Source of the DNA: an uncultured Chloroflexia bacterium
GTDB taxonomy: Bacteria > Chloroflexota > Chloroflexia > QHBQ01 > JADMIH01
Length of the DNA stretch: 64,000 nucleotides
NCBI GenBank assembly: GCA_963797095.1
Contig: CAWCNY010000001.1
Location: 224,001 to 288,000 of the forward strand
Direction: 5' to 3'
Of this stretch, positions 38,836 to 50,115 are shown piece after piece; position 1 is the first letter of the stretch; the number at the start of each line of letters is the position of its first letter. A program made the position numbers and the translations under genes. The notes below the pieces were generated by a model. It ran no database searches. It saw only the letters and a program-made list of their open reading frames with translations, and had not been told where the DNA came from.

Positions 38836-41732
38836 ATGTCCACTCATACGCCAATCCTGTCCACCAAGCTCTACATCCCGCCACCTCCGGCTAAGGTTGT
38901 CGTGCGTCATCGCCTCGTAGAGCGACTGAATGAGGGAGTGCACCGCAAGCTAATCCTCATCGCTGCTCCTGCAGGCTCCGGCAAGACCACTCTCCTTAGC
39001 GCCTGGATCGCAGGACTGCAATCCAGTGGTGAGCATGCTCCGAAGTTCGCCTGGCTGTCCCTTGACGAAGAGGACGGCGACCCTGCTCGCTTTGTCACGT
39101 ATCTGATCGCTGCGCTACGCACCGCTGTGCCCAACATTGGAGAGGAACCACTGGCTCTGCTCCAATCCTTACAATCATCCCAGCCACCTCCGCTGGATGC
39201 GATACTTACTTCTCTGCTCAATGACATCACCGCGGCTCCGGATAGCGTATTCCTGATCCTCGACGACTACCATCTTATCGACTCTCAACCAGTCGATAAT
39301 GCCATGACCTTTCTGTTGGAGCACATGCCGCCGCCCATGCACCTGGTAATCGCCACTCGCGAGGATCCACCTCTGCCCCTGGCTCGGCTGCGTGCTCGAG
39401 GCCAGTTGACCGAACTTCGCGTCACAGACTTGCGCTTTACCAACTCCGAGGCCGCAGCCTTCCTGAATGAGACAATGGGTCTGACGATCGCGGCGGAAGA
39501 TATAACCGCACTGGAGAAGCGCACCGAGGGCTGGATTGCAGGCCTGCAATTGGCGGCCATTTCCTTGCAGGGGCACGACGATATCCACTCCGTCATCCGC
39601 TCATTCGCGGGCGACCACCGCTACATCGCAGACTACCTGGTGGAAGAGGTCCTGCAGAACCAGCACGAGTCCGTCCGCGCGTTCCTCCTCCAGACCTCTA
39701 TCCTCGACCGGCTGTGCGGACCACTTTGCGATGCCGTGACGGAACAACGAGGAGGCAAAGCGCAGTTAGAGGCGCTGGAGCGGGGCAACTTCTTTGTCGT
39801 CCCTCTGGATGACAGGCGGTACTGGTATCGATATCACCACCTGTTTGCTGAAGTTCTGCACGCCCACCTTGCTTCCGAACAACCCGATCATCTACCAATT
39901 CTGCACAGGCGAGCAAGCGAGTGGTACGAGCACAATGGTTCCGCGGCAGACGCCATGCCCCAGGCGATACACCACGCCTTGGCAGCCCGCGATTTCGAGC
40001 GAGCTGCAAACCTGGCCGAGCAGACGGTACCGGCTGTGCGCAGGAGCAGACAGGAGCCGATGTTGGGCGGCTGGCTCAAGGCCTTGCCCGACGAACTGTT
40101 CCATGTTCGGCCCGTGCTCAGCGTCTGGTATGCCCACACTCTCCTGTCCGCGGGCGAGTTGGGCCGTGTTGAGGGCCTCCTGCATAGAGCCGAACAATGG
40201 CTTGGGGCTTCGAGTTCCGAGGACGCGGCTGAGGCGGCCAGGGTACGGGCCCCCGAAGGGGAAGGCCCCGGCGGCAGCCAGGGAGGCATGGTCGTCGCGG
40301 ACAAAGAGGAGTTCCGCCGCCTTCCGGGTGCGATCGCGATTGCACGTGCCGGGCTAGCCATGGCCCTGGGCGATGTGGCCGGGGCCATCAGGTACGCCCG
40401 GCGGGTGCTCGAAGCGGTACCCGAGGACGACTATAATTCACGGGGAGGCGCCGAGGCGTTCCTGGGGCTCGCGGCCTGGCCGAGCGGGGATCTCGATGCG
40501 GCGTTCGACTCTTTTGCCAGGGGCGTCGCTCACATGCAGATGGCCGGGCAGATCTCTGACGTAGTCGGGGGAGCGACCATACTGGCTGAAATACGGATTG
40601 CCCAGGGCCGCCCGAACGAGGCCCTGCGCATTTATGAGCATGGGTTACAGCTCGCAGAACAGGTCTCGAGGGAACAAAGTGAACCTCCCCTACGAGGAAC
40701 GGCAGATATGCACGTGGGAATAGGCGGGATACTCTGTGAGCGTAGCGACCTGGCCGGCGCCGCACAACACCTGCTGAAAAGCAAGGAACTGGGCGAGCAC
40801 ACCAGCTTCCTGCGGAACCGGTACCGCTGGTGCGTTGCCATGGCTCGGGTACGAGAAGCCCAGGGTGACCTGGGCGGGGCTGTAGACTTGCTGAACGAGG
40901 CAGAGCGGGTGTATGTGAGCGACTTCTTCCCCAATGTGCGTCCCATATCAGCGTTGAAGGCACGCGTGTTCGTGCTGCAGGGCAGGTTGGGCGAAGCCCT
41001 CGCCTGGGTACGCGAGCAAGGTCTGTCCGCCGAGGACGACTTGAGCTATCTGCGCGAGTTCGAGCACATTACGCTTGCCAGGGTCCTGCTGGCTCGGCAC
41101 AAGAGCGAGAAGCCGACGGAGCCCACACGGCGGACAGCTCAGCAGAGGCATGGGATCTCCTGGAGCGCCTTTTGCAGGCGGCGGAAGAAGGTGGGAGGAT
41201 GGGAAGTGTCATCGAAATCCTGATTCTGCACGCACTTTCCCACCAGGTGCAAGGTGATATGCCTGCTCTCTCTTGCGTCGCTGGAGCGGGCCTTACACTT
41301 GCCGAGCCGGAGGGCTACGTCCGCACATTCGTGGGCGAAGGACCAGCTATGACTGCCCTGCTTGAAGAGGCCGGGAAGCGTGGGTCGTTCCTCGCTATGT
41401 CGAGTCAGCTGCTGGCGGCTGTTTTGGGTCTTCGCGCCACGAATTCAGGCTCGCCCGGAAGAGCAGGCGGATCAGGCCGGGACACTAGCCCGGGAGAGAC
41501 AGAACATTCAGGGTAGCAAGCCATCAGGCAAGTCCTGCCTGAGCCGCTGAGTGAACGCGAGCTTGAGGTGCTGCGGCTGCTGCGGAGCGACCTGAGCGGT
41601 CCGGAGATCGCCCGGGCCCTTATGGTGTCCTTGAACACCATGAACACCCACGCCAAGAACATCTACACCAAGCTCGGAGTGAACAACCGCCGTGCAGCGG
41701 TGCGCCGCGCCGAGGAACTCCAACTGTTGTAG
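38836..41732 (+). pseudogene. MalT-like LuxR/STAND regulator, frameshifted near 41.14 kb with in-frame TAG at 41514
   Basis: APAGSGKTT, ILDDYH, TEGWIAGLQL, YRYHHLF. The tail continues in another frame to EPLSERELEVL...NIYTKLGV (stop 41730-41732). Confidence 0.85.
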
Positions 41733-41777
41733 CTATAGCTGAAAAGCAATCATAGCCGGATAGACACCACGCGCTTG

Positions 41778-41817
41778 AGCCCCACAGGTCGAATGAACCG
41801 CCTGCCGGGGCTTTTTC
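41778..41817 (+). terminator. intrinsic terminator
   Basis: AGCCCC.CAGG...CCTG..GGGGCT followed by TTTT. Confidence 0.6.
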
Positions 41818-41843
41818 ATCCCCCGCCCACCAGGGCCGGGCTC

Positions 41844-41913
41844 GATCAACAGCAGATCACCATGTCGATCACCAGATATTGTGATGCCCTCTCACCATGT
41901 TGACCGGTAGATT
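41844..41913 (+). promoter_or_regulatory. ATCACCA-box operator array with -10-like TAGATT
   Basis: GATCAACA 41844, GATCACCA 41855 and 41867, inverted GTGAT 41881, TCACCA 41892, TAGATT 41908. Confidence 0.55.
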
Positions 41914-41987
41914 GTGGTCAGAGACAAGAACGAGGGCAACCAACCGAAACATTCATCACGAACTTGGAAAACTGCACGAGGTACAGA

Positions 41988-42281
41988 ATGAACGAGACAC
42001 AAATATCAGCAGAAGGTTACGACGAGCCCGGAGTTTATGAGATCCGTGTCAGGGGACACCTCGATGACAGGTGGGCAGCCCGGTTCGACGGCCTGACTCT
42101 CACACGCGAAGGCAAGGGCGATACTGTTCTAACGGGCCAGGTGGTCGACCAGTCTGCCCTGTACGGCTTATTGAGAAAAGTGCGCGATATAGGAGTGCCG
42201 CTGATCTCGGTGACCCTCGTTGGAGCCGGCCGGATTCAGGCGGACAACACAAAAAGGAGGTTGCCTTTGACAGATGTGTAG
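41988..42281 (+). CDS. conserved small hypothetical protein associated with MalT-like regulators
   Basis: YEIRVRGHLDDRW...FDGL...DQSALYGLLRKVRDIGVPLISV. Confidence 0.8.
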   Translation: MNETQISAEGYDEPGVYEIRVRGHLDDRWAARFDGLTLTREGKGDTVLTGQVVDQSALYGLLRKVRDIGVPLISVTLVGAGRIQADNTKRRLPLTDV

Positions 42282-42459
42282 CCCCTTTCAGGCATCATGA
42301 ACGGAGAAAGGGCCCAGAGAACTAACTCAGCCCGGAACACTACAACAACCCAACCGGAGCAACCTCACATTCGAAGGAGACAAGGAGATGAACAGCATGA
42401 ATACCAATCGCCAGACCTTAGCGTTCAAAGAAAACAACAAGCAGAACAAGGAGAATGAA

Positions 42460-43182
42460 ATGAAGATATCGAAGACCTCCAAGATAACAGCCTCGAACCT
42501 CATCCGCTGGGCGGGCTTACCGGCCATAGTGGCAGGGATCATCTTCGCGGGCATTCAGCCAATCCATCCAACTGACGCCCTTTCGTCTCTCAACACCACC
42601 GCGTGGGCAATCATCACTCCCTTGAAGACGGTCATGTGCCTCTTCTTCATGCTCGGACTTACAGGCATCTACGCCAGGCAGGTAAACAAAGCCGGTTGGC
42701 TCGGTCTGGCCGGCTATCTCCTCTTTAGCCTCTCCTGGGCGGTCAACCTGGTCTTCATCTTCGCCGAAGCCTTTATCTTGCCGCCGTTGGCGACCGCAGC
42801 GCCGAAGTTTGCGCAGGACTTCATCTTCGGGGTCATTACCGGGCGTCCCACCGAGAGTAACCTCGGAGCCCTCCCAACGATATTTGCGCTAAATGGGATC
42901 TTCTATTTGCTCGGCGGCCTGCTGTTTGGCATCGCGACGATCCGCGTCGGCATCCTATCACGCTGGGCAGCGGGCCTCCTTGCTGTCACAGCTACGCTGA
43001 CCCCCTTGGCTGCGATGTTCCCGCACGAGACCCAGCGCTATGCGGGGATACCGGTCGGGATAGCTGTGGCATGGCTGGGCTATTCTCTGTGGTCTGAAAG
43101 GCGAGCTGAAGTGCGAGAGCAAGCGCAAGAGCCGCTACCCGGCACTATAAGCGCCCGGCTCAGCCAGACCACAGCCGAATAA
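42460..43182 (+). CDS. multi-TM membrane protein
   Basis: RBS AAGGAG, about 6 TM helices, GLTGIYARQ...AGWLGLAG. Confidence 0.8.
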   Translation: MKISKTSKITASNLIRWAGLPAIVAGIIFAGIQPIHPTDALSSLNTTAWAIITPLKTVMCLFFMLGLTGIYARQVNKAGWLGLAGYLLFSLSWAVNLVFIFAEAFILPPLATAAPKFAQDFIFGVITGRPTESNLGALPTIFALNGIFYLLGGLLFGIATIRVGILSRWAAGLLAVTATLTPLAAMFPHETQRYAGIPVGIAVAWLGYSLWSERRAEVREQAQEPLPGTISARLSQTTAE

Positions 43183-43199
43183 CAGGCCTCGCCATCGCA

Positions 43200-43241
43200 T
43201 GGAGTGTTACGAGCAGCTATCTGGCCGCTCGTAACACTCCA
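43200..43241. repeat. 15-bp perfect intergenic hairpin
   Basis: TGGAGTGTTACGAGC-N12-GCTCGTAACACTCCA. Confidence 0.8.
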
Positions 43242-43375
43242 AACCCGAAGTCGACCCGATGACGTCGCAGCCGAATAGACAAAGATATAGCTGCAATAGT
43301 CCCGAGGTTTTTGAAGGAAGCATAAGTTCGAATAAACAGTCCGAACCAAGCACACTAATGGAAGGAGACAAACAA

Positions 43376-44155
43376 ATGAACCCCGACAGGCATACTGCCC
43401 CAACCTCCGAGGTTGCAGCCTCAACCAGGAAGTTCGCGATAGCAGCAGGTGTGTGCTACCTGATCACCCATGTCACATCGGTCAGCGCCCCATTCCTCTA
43501 CGGCCCCATCCTGAATAATGCCGGTTTCATCTTGGCTTCGCACTCAGACGTTGGAGTGCTGGTGGGAGCAATCTTTGATCTAATCTGCGGCATGGCCATC
43601 ATCGGCACCGCAGTAGCCCTCTTTCCGGTGGTCAAGAGGCAAAATGAAGGGATTGCGCTAGGCTACGTGGGCTTGCGCACCCTCGAAGCCGGGATTATTG
43701 CTGTGGGTGCCCTCTCCATCCTCGCTGCTGTTACCCTGCGCCAGATGGGAACTGCCACTGACCCAGCCACGCTCGCTACCCTCGGAAGTGTCCTCTCGGG
43801 TATGTACAAGTGGACCGCTATGCTCGGACCCGGCCTTGTGTGCGGAGTAAACACAGTGCTGATGGCTTACCTGATGTACACGTCTCGCCTGGTGCCTCGC
43901 TTCATACCCGTGCTCGGACTGGTGGGAGGTCCCCTGGTATTCGCATATAACGCCGCCATGATGTTCGGCCTCACCAACCAGATCCAGGCTTGGGCCGCAA
44001 TCCTGGTGATCCCGATTTTCACCTGGGAAGTTTCCCTTGCCCTCCGGCTCATCGTCAAAGGGTTCAAGCCAGCTGCATTGTCGTCGATGTCCTCGAGGTC
44101 TTCCAGCGCCACCTCTGTAAGTGCTGTGCCGAATGAGCTACTGGGTTCGGCATAG
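43376..44155 (+). CDS. DUF4386-family membrane protein
   Basis: IGTAVALFPVVKRQNEGIALGYVGLRTLEA, SRLVPRFIPVLGLVG, WEVSL...KGF. Confidence 0.85.
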   Translation: MNPDRHTAPTSEVAASTRKFAIAAGVCYLITHVTSVSAPFLYGPILNNAGFILASHSDVGVLVGAIFDLICGMAIIGTAVALFPVVKRQNEGIALGYVGLRTLEAGIIAVGALSILAAVTLRQMGTATDPATLATLGSVLSGMYKWTAMLGPGLVCGVNTVLMAYLMYTSRLVPRFIPVLGLVGGPLVFAYNAAMMFGLTNQIQAWAAILVIPIFTWEVSLALRLIVKGFKPAALSSMSSRSSSATSVSAVPNELLGSA

Positions 44156-44174
44156 ATGACCTGCGATATATGCG

Positions 44175-44911
44175 ATGGGTGCATGCGTAACAACAACGGA
44201 ACTCGTGTGGGTGCGTGAGACGCGCTGGGAGATCGAGGAGGGCTTTGCACAACTGAAGGGCGAGATCGGACTAGACCAGGGCGAGGTACGCCACTGGGAG
44301 GCCTGGTACCCCTGGGTACCGCTTCGTGACCCTGTGCCTGCTGGCACACGCCTACGTCGTCGTGTTGCGACTGCACGCCAGACCAACGGATGGCGAGATG
44401 GCGGACACGTGCGTCGAGGCGGATGCGCAGGACCTCCTTCCGCTCACCGTGCCTGAAGTCCGGCGCTTGGTGCTGGCGCTCGCTGGTGCATCGGCGCAGC
44501 GGGCATTTCTTCTGGGCTGGTTGCGGTGGCGCCGCCGGCATCAGGCAGCTGCAGCGCGGAGTCGAGCCGCATATGCTGGGTCCTGCCGCCTTCCGCCAAC
44601 CAAAGTGAGTGTGACCCCGGTAGCAGCGGTACCGGGTGCTGGGCTGACCGATGCCGAATGGGTCCTGGTCGAGCCGCTGGTCCCGCCACAGCGCCCAGCC
44701 ACAGGACGGCCGCGGCATGACCATCGTACCGTGCTCAGCGGGATTGTATGGGTGATCCGACGGGGTGCATCTTGGCGTGCGCTACCCAAAGCCTGTGGGA
44801 AGTGGGAAGTGGGAGACAGCCTACAAGCGTTACCAACTGTGGCGCGCAGAGGGACGCTGGGAGCGCATCGCAGACGCCCTGGGGATCGAGGAGCGTGAAG
44901 TGGCGCTGTAG
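44175..44911 (+). mobile_element. IS701-family transposase 3' remnant joined to a DUF4096 (IS5-like) segment, frameshifted
   Basis: RWEIEEGF..KGEIGLDQ.EVR.W, LTVPEVRRL, WRRRHQ, then LTDAEW...GRPR.DHR.VLSGIVW. Confidence 0.75.
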
Positions 44912-45421
44912 GGCCTCCCTTTCTTTGGGACTACACCCCTGGTCTATGTCTATTACTCTCACCAATATCATGCCCCGGTAAGCGGTACCCAATACATATG
45001 ATGTTTCACGCTTTGCTGGTCACTGCTCGGCGCTTATGGTGACTTGAATCGTCACTTACACCGCCTTGTGCTCTTACGACTTTCATGGCTTTTCATGGTT
45101 ACGAGCAGGGCGATGTCCCTAAGCAGTCGCGGCCCACCTCCCCTGGCCGATGCCCAAAACGCTTGACGCTTTCCGAGCACATGGCAGATAATGTTTTGCG
45201 AAAAGAACTTATCTATTCATCGATGTGGCCAGTCGAGGATGGGCTATCAGCTATCGTGGACTAGTGCTCACCCAGCATTCCTGAGCCTATTCCCTACTTA
45301 CATCGCGCATATGGGCGAGGAGCGCGAGTGCGCACGATGCCGGTGTTGGTGTATAGGCATGGGCATGGATCGTGGCAGCAGTTGACCTGCCGCATAGTTG
45401 ATCGGTAATGGGAACTGCGTA

Positions 45422-47224
45422 ATGAAAACGGTGATTATAGGTGGTGTGGCTGCGGGAATGTCTGCCGCCGCGCGATTGCGACAACTCGATGAAAACGCCG
45501 AAATAGTGGTCCTCGAACGGGACCACTACGTCTCGTATGCGAACTGCGGCTTGCCTTACCATATCGGAGGCGAAATAGCCGACCGCGAGAAGTTGCTGAT
45601 TGTCACGCCCGACCACCTGCGCACGACCCTCGCCATCGACGTGCGTACGGGGCACGAGGTCACAGCTATTGACCGCGCTGCCAGGACCGTCACGGTAAGA
45701 GAGCAATTGCACGGTGAGGCTGAACGGGTCTACACCGAGACTTACGACACCCTTGTGCTTGCTCTGGGCGCCGAGCCGGTTCGCCTGCCGGTGCCCGGGG
45801 CCGACCACCCGCGTATCTTTACTCTGCGCACGATCCCCGATATGGACCACATCAAGGCGCAAGTCGACGCTGGTGCTGCTGGTGCTGCTGGTGCTGCTGG
45901 TGCTGCTGGTGCTGCTGGTGCTGCTGGTGCTGCCCGCGCGGTGGTAATTGGCGCCAGTTACATCGGGGTGGAAATGGTCGAGGCGCTGCACAGGCGCGGC
46001 CTCTCGGTTGACCTCGTTGAACTACAGGACCAGGTTATGCCTCTGCTCGATTCGGAGATGGCTGCTGACCTGCGCTATCACATGGAAGCCAAGGGTGTGA
46101 AGGTGCATACCGGCACTGCTGCCGGCGAGTTTGCCGGTGTCGGCGGCCGCGTCAAAGTGGCCCTCGCGGACGGCACCACACTGCTGGCGGATCTGGTGGT
46201 CGCGGCGGTAGGTGTGCGCCCTGTGTCCGCCCTGGCAAAGGAGGCGGGGCTAGAGCTCGGCCCTCGCGGCGGCATAAAGGTCGATTCACATATGCGCACC
46301 TCCGACCCGAACGTCTACGCAGTAGGCGATATGGTGGAGGTTGTAGATACAGTAACAGGTGAGAGTTCGCTCATAGCGCTCGCGGGCCCGGCCAACCGGC
46401 AGGGACGCATCGTGGCCGATAACATTGCAGGTCGTGACAGCTCTTATACCACCACGCAAGGCACCGCCATCGTGCGGATATTTGACATAGTGGGCGCTAT
46501 AACGGGAGCGTCCGAAAAGGCGCTGAAGCGTACCGGGCGACCCTACCGCAAAGTCTATCTGCACCCCTCAAGCCACGCAGGATACTACCCTGGCGCCTCA
46601 CCGATGCATATGAAGCTGCTCTTCTCGCCCGCGGACGGCAGACTATTGGGGGCGCAGATCGTCGGCTTCGACGGCGTCGACAAGCGCATCGACGTGCTGG
46701 CAACGGCCCTTCGGGCGGGGATGACAGTATATGACCTGGAGCACCTGGAACTTGCTTACTCTCCTCCCTACGGCTCGGCGAAAGATCCGGTCAACATGGC
46801 AGGGTTCGTCGCCTCTAATCTACTCCGCGGAGATGTGGGGTTCTGGTACGCCGAAGACTACCCTCACCTTACAGCGGACGCGCTTTTTGTTGATGTGCGC
46901 AGCCTGCAAGAGTACGACGAGTGGCACATTGAAGGGGCGGCCCACTTCCCACTTCCGGAGTTGCGTGACCGCCTGGATGAACTGAGCGCTCTCTCGGCGG
47001 GCAGGCGAGTGCTGGTCTATTGCACGGTTGGGTTTCGCAGCTACCTGGCGTATCGAATCCTCGAACAAAGCGGCTTCGCAAACGTTGCGACCCTGGCGGG
47101 TGGCGGCCAGACCTTTGCGTGCTATCACCCCTCTCCGCTGGGGACCGGACTCCAGACCGAACCCTTCGTTGCTCATGCTGAGGAAGACGTGCATGCCCTT
47201 TACGAGCTGGCCGGTGAGATCTGA
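45422..47224 (+). CDS. CoA-disulfide/persulfide reductase with C-terminal rhodanese (CoADR-RHD)
   Basis: GGVAAG, SYANCGLPY redox Cys, YAVGD, LELAYSPPYGSAKDP, rhodanese YCTVGFRSY. Confidence 0.93.
   Translation: MKTVIIGGVAAGMSAAARLRQLDENAEIVVLERDHYVSYANCGLPYHIGGEIADREKLLIVTPDHLRTTLAIDVRTGHEVTAIDRAARTVTVREQLHGEAERVYTETYDTLVLALGAEPVRLPVPGADHPRIFTLRTIPDMDHIKAQVDAGAAGAAGAAGAAGAAGAAGAARAVVIGASYIGVEMVEALHRRGLSVDLVELQDQVMPLLDSEMAADLRYHMEAKGVKVHTGTAAGEFAGVGGRVKVALADGTTLLADLVVAAVGVRPVSALAKEAGLELGPRGGIKVDSHMRTSDPNVYAVGDMVEVVDTVTGESSLIALAGPANRQGRIVADNIAGRDSSYTTTQGTAIVRIFDIVGAITGASEKALKRTGRPYRKVYLHPSSHAGYYPGASPMHMKLLFSPADGRLLGAQIVGFDGVDKRIDVLATALRAGMTVYDLEHLELAYSPPYGSAKDPVNMAGFVASNLLRGDVGFWYAEDYPHLTADALFVDVRSLQEYDEWHIEGAAHFPLPELRDRLDELSALSAGRRVLVYCTVGFRSYLAYRILEQSGFANVATLAGGGQTFACYHPSPLGTGLQTEPFVAHAEEDVHALYELAGEI
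45869..45931. repeat. (GCTGGTGCT)7 in-frame 9-mer expansion
   Basis: Encodes (AGA)7 just before the NAD(P)H-binding VVIGASYIG strand. Confidence 0.95.
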
Positions 47225-47401
47225 GTATCGAGCCTGCTGTAGCCGGCGGGCGGTCACGGAGTTGCGGTAAGGGTCGAAGAAGAGGCGAAATCCTGACGCC
47301 ATGACCGGCGCAGGGACCCGTTCCCAGAGGCGCACGCAGAGGCGCACGCAGCCTGGGTACTTCGAGGATAGAGATCCAGGCGTCAGGCGCCGTAGGCCCT
47401 T

Positions 47402-47478
47402 AACCTGCCGAGGTGCAAGCGCACCTCGGCAGGTTGAGATGTTCGGTTGCCCATCGCCATCCCGATGGCGATGGGCAA
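47402..47478. repeat. two consecutive 15-bp perfect hairpins between convergent genes
   Basis: AACCTGCCGAGGTGC/GCACCTCGGCAGGTT and TTGCCCATCGCCATC/GATGGCGATGGGCAA. Confidence 0.85.
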
Positions 47479-47505
47479 GTAGTGAGCGCCGTGGAGGTCG
47501 ATCTT

Positions 47506-47973
47506 CTACGCCAGCTGGGTGCTCAGGTAGCTCTCAAGTCCCATCTGCTCGATCTGAGCCCGCTGCTTCTCTCCCCAGTCCAGGTGCCCTTCTTCCATCT
47601 TGAGGATCGTGGTCAGCAAGTCCGCTGTAGCCTGATCCTCCGAGTCATGTGCCAGGCGGATGGCGGCATTGTAGGCGGTCACCGCCGCCGCCTCAGCCTC
47701 ATCATCGTTGCCGATGAATTGTACCACGCTCTTGCCGATGTGTATCGGGTTGAGTTGGGACACAATGGGAGTGCCTCCCAGGAAGATAATGCGTTGGATA
47801 AGCCATTCGGCATGGTGCATCTCGTCGATAGCCTGATGCTCAATGGCTTCGTGCAGTTTGCCGTAGCCCCAGTTCTCGCACATCTCTGAGTGCACCATGT
47901 ACTGGCTGATGGCAGTTAGCTCGTCGGCCAGCAGGTGGTTGAGCACCGTTAGCAGCTTCTCGTTACCCTTCAT
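47506..47973 (-). CDS. bfr: bacterioferritin
   Basis: MKG...LADELTAISQY.VH, DEMHHA (heme Met and ferroxidase ligands), EEGHLDW. Confidence 0.95.
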   Translation of the reverse strand: MKGNEKLLTVLNHLLADELTAISQYMVHSEMCENWGYGKLHEAIEHQAIDEMHHAEWLIQRIIFLGGTPIVSQLNPIHIGKSVVQFIGNDDEAEAAAVTAYNAAIRLAHDSEDQATADLLTTILKMEEGHLDWGEKQRAQIEQMGLESYLSTQLA

Positions 47974-48542
47974 TTTCCATGTTCTCCTTCCGTTTTCACT
48001 TTTCACTCTTCTCTTTTTGGGCTCTCACTGCCACAACACCGCCACTCCACTTCACGGCTACTCCGCGATCAAATCACGCCTTTCGATTTCCAGTGCCCGC
48101 CGTGCCGTGGTTACATAACCATTGAGTGGCTCCGGGCCGGCAAATCGCGGCGCGGTTCGGTCTCAACCCGAATGGCAGCCTGATGTCTCTGTAGCCGGAG
48201 GGCCGCCGTGGCCCGCGGTCAGCCTTGCACAGTGAGGGTGCGGTGACACTTTGTTCCATCCTAGCGTACGGAGGTGACGCACAGAGTGTAAATAGGTAAA
48301 AGCTGAGTTTAATATGATCGGGGCAGGAAAAGGGAAGTCCACGCGGTTTCGACGGATCGATTGCGAAGCCCAGCGCAATGGGCACTATGAGGCATCGCTG
48401 TCAGATTTGTGATTCACATAAACGGCCAGTGTGTCCCGTTTCCACTGAAGGCCGGGCGCGTTCTCCTCGACGGGTTCCGCTCCTTGCAGGCCCGGGGGGA
48501 GAGCCTGGATAGTGCGGATACCTCATCTAAGCTCAGTTGGGG

Positions 48543-49615
48543 TCAGGCCGCCTCTCGATAGTAGTCGTGGATGATGCCGCCGAGTACGTCCCGACATCTC
48601 ACCGGGCCTTCTTTGTGGGCGTGCTCGATGGGTATTGGAGAACGCTGCTCCACGCCTTGGTGGGGTCGCCTGCCGTTGTAATAAGCCGCGTACTCGCCCA
48701 TTACCCGCCGTAGGTGTCCTTCACCCAGTATCAGTAAGCGGTCCAAGCATTCCTCCCGCACTGAGCGGACCCAGCGCTCAGCGAAGGCATTTGCCCGCGG
48801 CGCCCGGTACGGCGTCTTGATGATTTCTATGTCTTCCGCTTCAAACACCCATCGAAGCTCGCAGTGAACTTCGCATCCCGGTCGTGGATAAGGAATCGCA
48901 TGGGTGGTCGCCCTTCTCGCTCTTCTTGCTCCTGTTGCAGTGTCCAGGTGAGGTTACGGGCTTGTTGGGTGACCCACTCCTCTGTTGGGTGGGGAGTGCA
49001 ACCGGCGTGTGCTAAGCTCTATAAAGAACAGCACGTAGAGGGTCTTGAGCCAGGCTGTCTCGACGGTGAACATGTCGCAAGCCAGGAACTGCTCCCGATA
49101 GTGACCCAGGAAGGAGCGCCAACTACTGCCCTTTCTTGCTCGCTCGGGAGCAGGCGGAACTTGCTGGCGTTTCAGTATGTCTCTTACTGTCGAGCGCCCA
49201 ATTCGGTGGTCAAGTTTGATAAGCTCTCCATGCAGCTTACTATAACCCCAACTTGGGTTCTCCTGAGCCAGGCGTAAGAGTAGGTTGGCCAATTCAGGGT
49301 CGGTTGCATGACGCGGGGAAAAGCCGTGCCGCTTGAGAGTCCACTTGCGGCGCACCAACTCGCAGGCCACCGCAGGAGGGTATCGGGCTTGAAAAGCAAG
49401 GAGACGTGGTTCAAGCGTTCCCGGCCCTCTCGCCCGATGGCTGTAAATCTAGCAGCAAGGACCGCCAAACCGAACTTCTCCCAACGAGAGATGTGTGGAG
49501 TGGTGGGATGACGGCGTTGTAGGATACGGAGTTGCTGACGGAGTAACAGTATCTGCAAGTCCTTGTGGCGTTCGGAGCGACGGGTGAGTTGGGTGATGGC
49601 GAATAGGTCAAGCAA
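48543..49615 (-). pseudogene. integrase-core (rve) transposase remnant in three frames
   Basis: ILLLRQQLRIL, LAQENPSWGY, LACDMFTVET, IHDRDAKF, APRANAFAERWVRSVREECLD, YNGRRPHQG, LGGIIHDY. Confidence 0.85.
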
Positions 49616-50069
49616 TAAGGAAGTGAGCAGACGGCGTCAGCTACCCGGCGTCAACTACTCGTGGAGTGAGAATAGCTACTCCGTTGACGTGCGCTTTCGT
49701 GGCCGCAAGGAGACCATCTTGACCAATTCCGCAAGCCTGACGATGCGCTCGTCAAGAGTGCCCTCTGCCCGGACGCCGAACATTCTAAGGGCCAGCCTTA
49801 CAGGCGTTCCTCTGGGGGGGTGTAACGTGCAATAACTCATCCGCATTCGAATGGTGCCTATGGGGTCGTTTTTGGAGGTCACAATGGACGGTACCAGAAA
49901 TATGCGTTGTATGATTCACACACATGAGTTTTGGCACTCTGGCTGAGATGGACTCGCCGGAAAATATCGTGCAGCCTCCGCAAAAGGCTCTGCAGGACCC
50001 CCCCGGCAATAGTCTCTCAGTCGGACAACAGAAGTCAGTCATCTCTGATTTCTGATTCTGATAGCAATA

Positions 50070-50088
50070 GGGGCGGCTATGCCGCCCC
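50070..50088 (-). terminator. GC hairpin after gdhA
   Basis: GGGGCGGC-TAT-GCCGCCCC. U-tail is weak. Confidence 0.45.
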
Positions 50089-50115
50089 CATCGTGATGGC
50101 GTACCCTTCGTTGGT

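Noticed and set aside
48050-48430. Riboswitch or sRNA upstream of bfr
   Set aside because: Some local hairpins and a TGTGATTCACA palindrome, but no recognisable consensus or terminator.
49819-49940. Mini-element with integrase-core IS-like ends (TGTAACGTGCAATAACTCAT ... ATGAGTTTTGGCAC)
   Set aside because: Inverted similarity is only partial and there is no target duplication, so it cannot be supported without a search.
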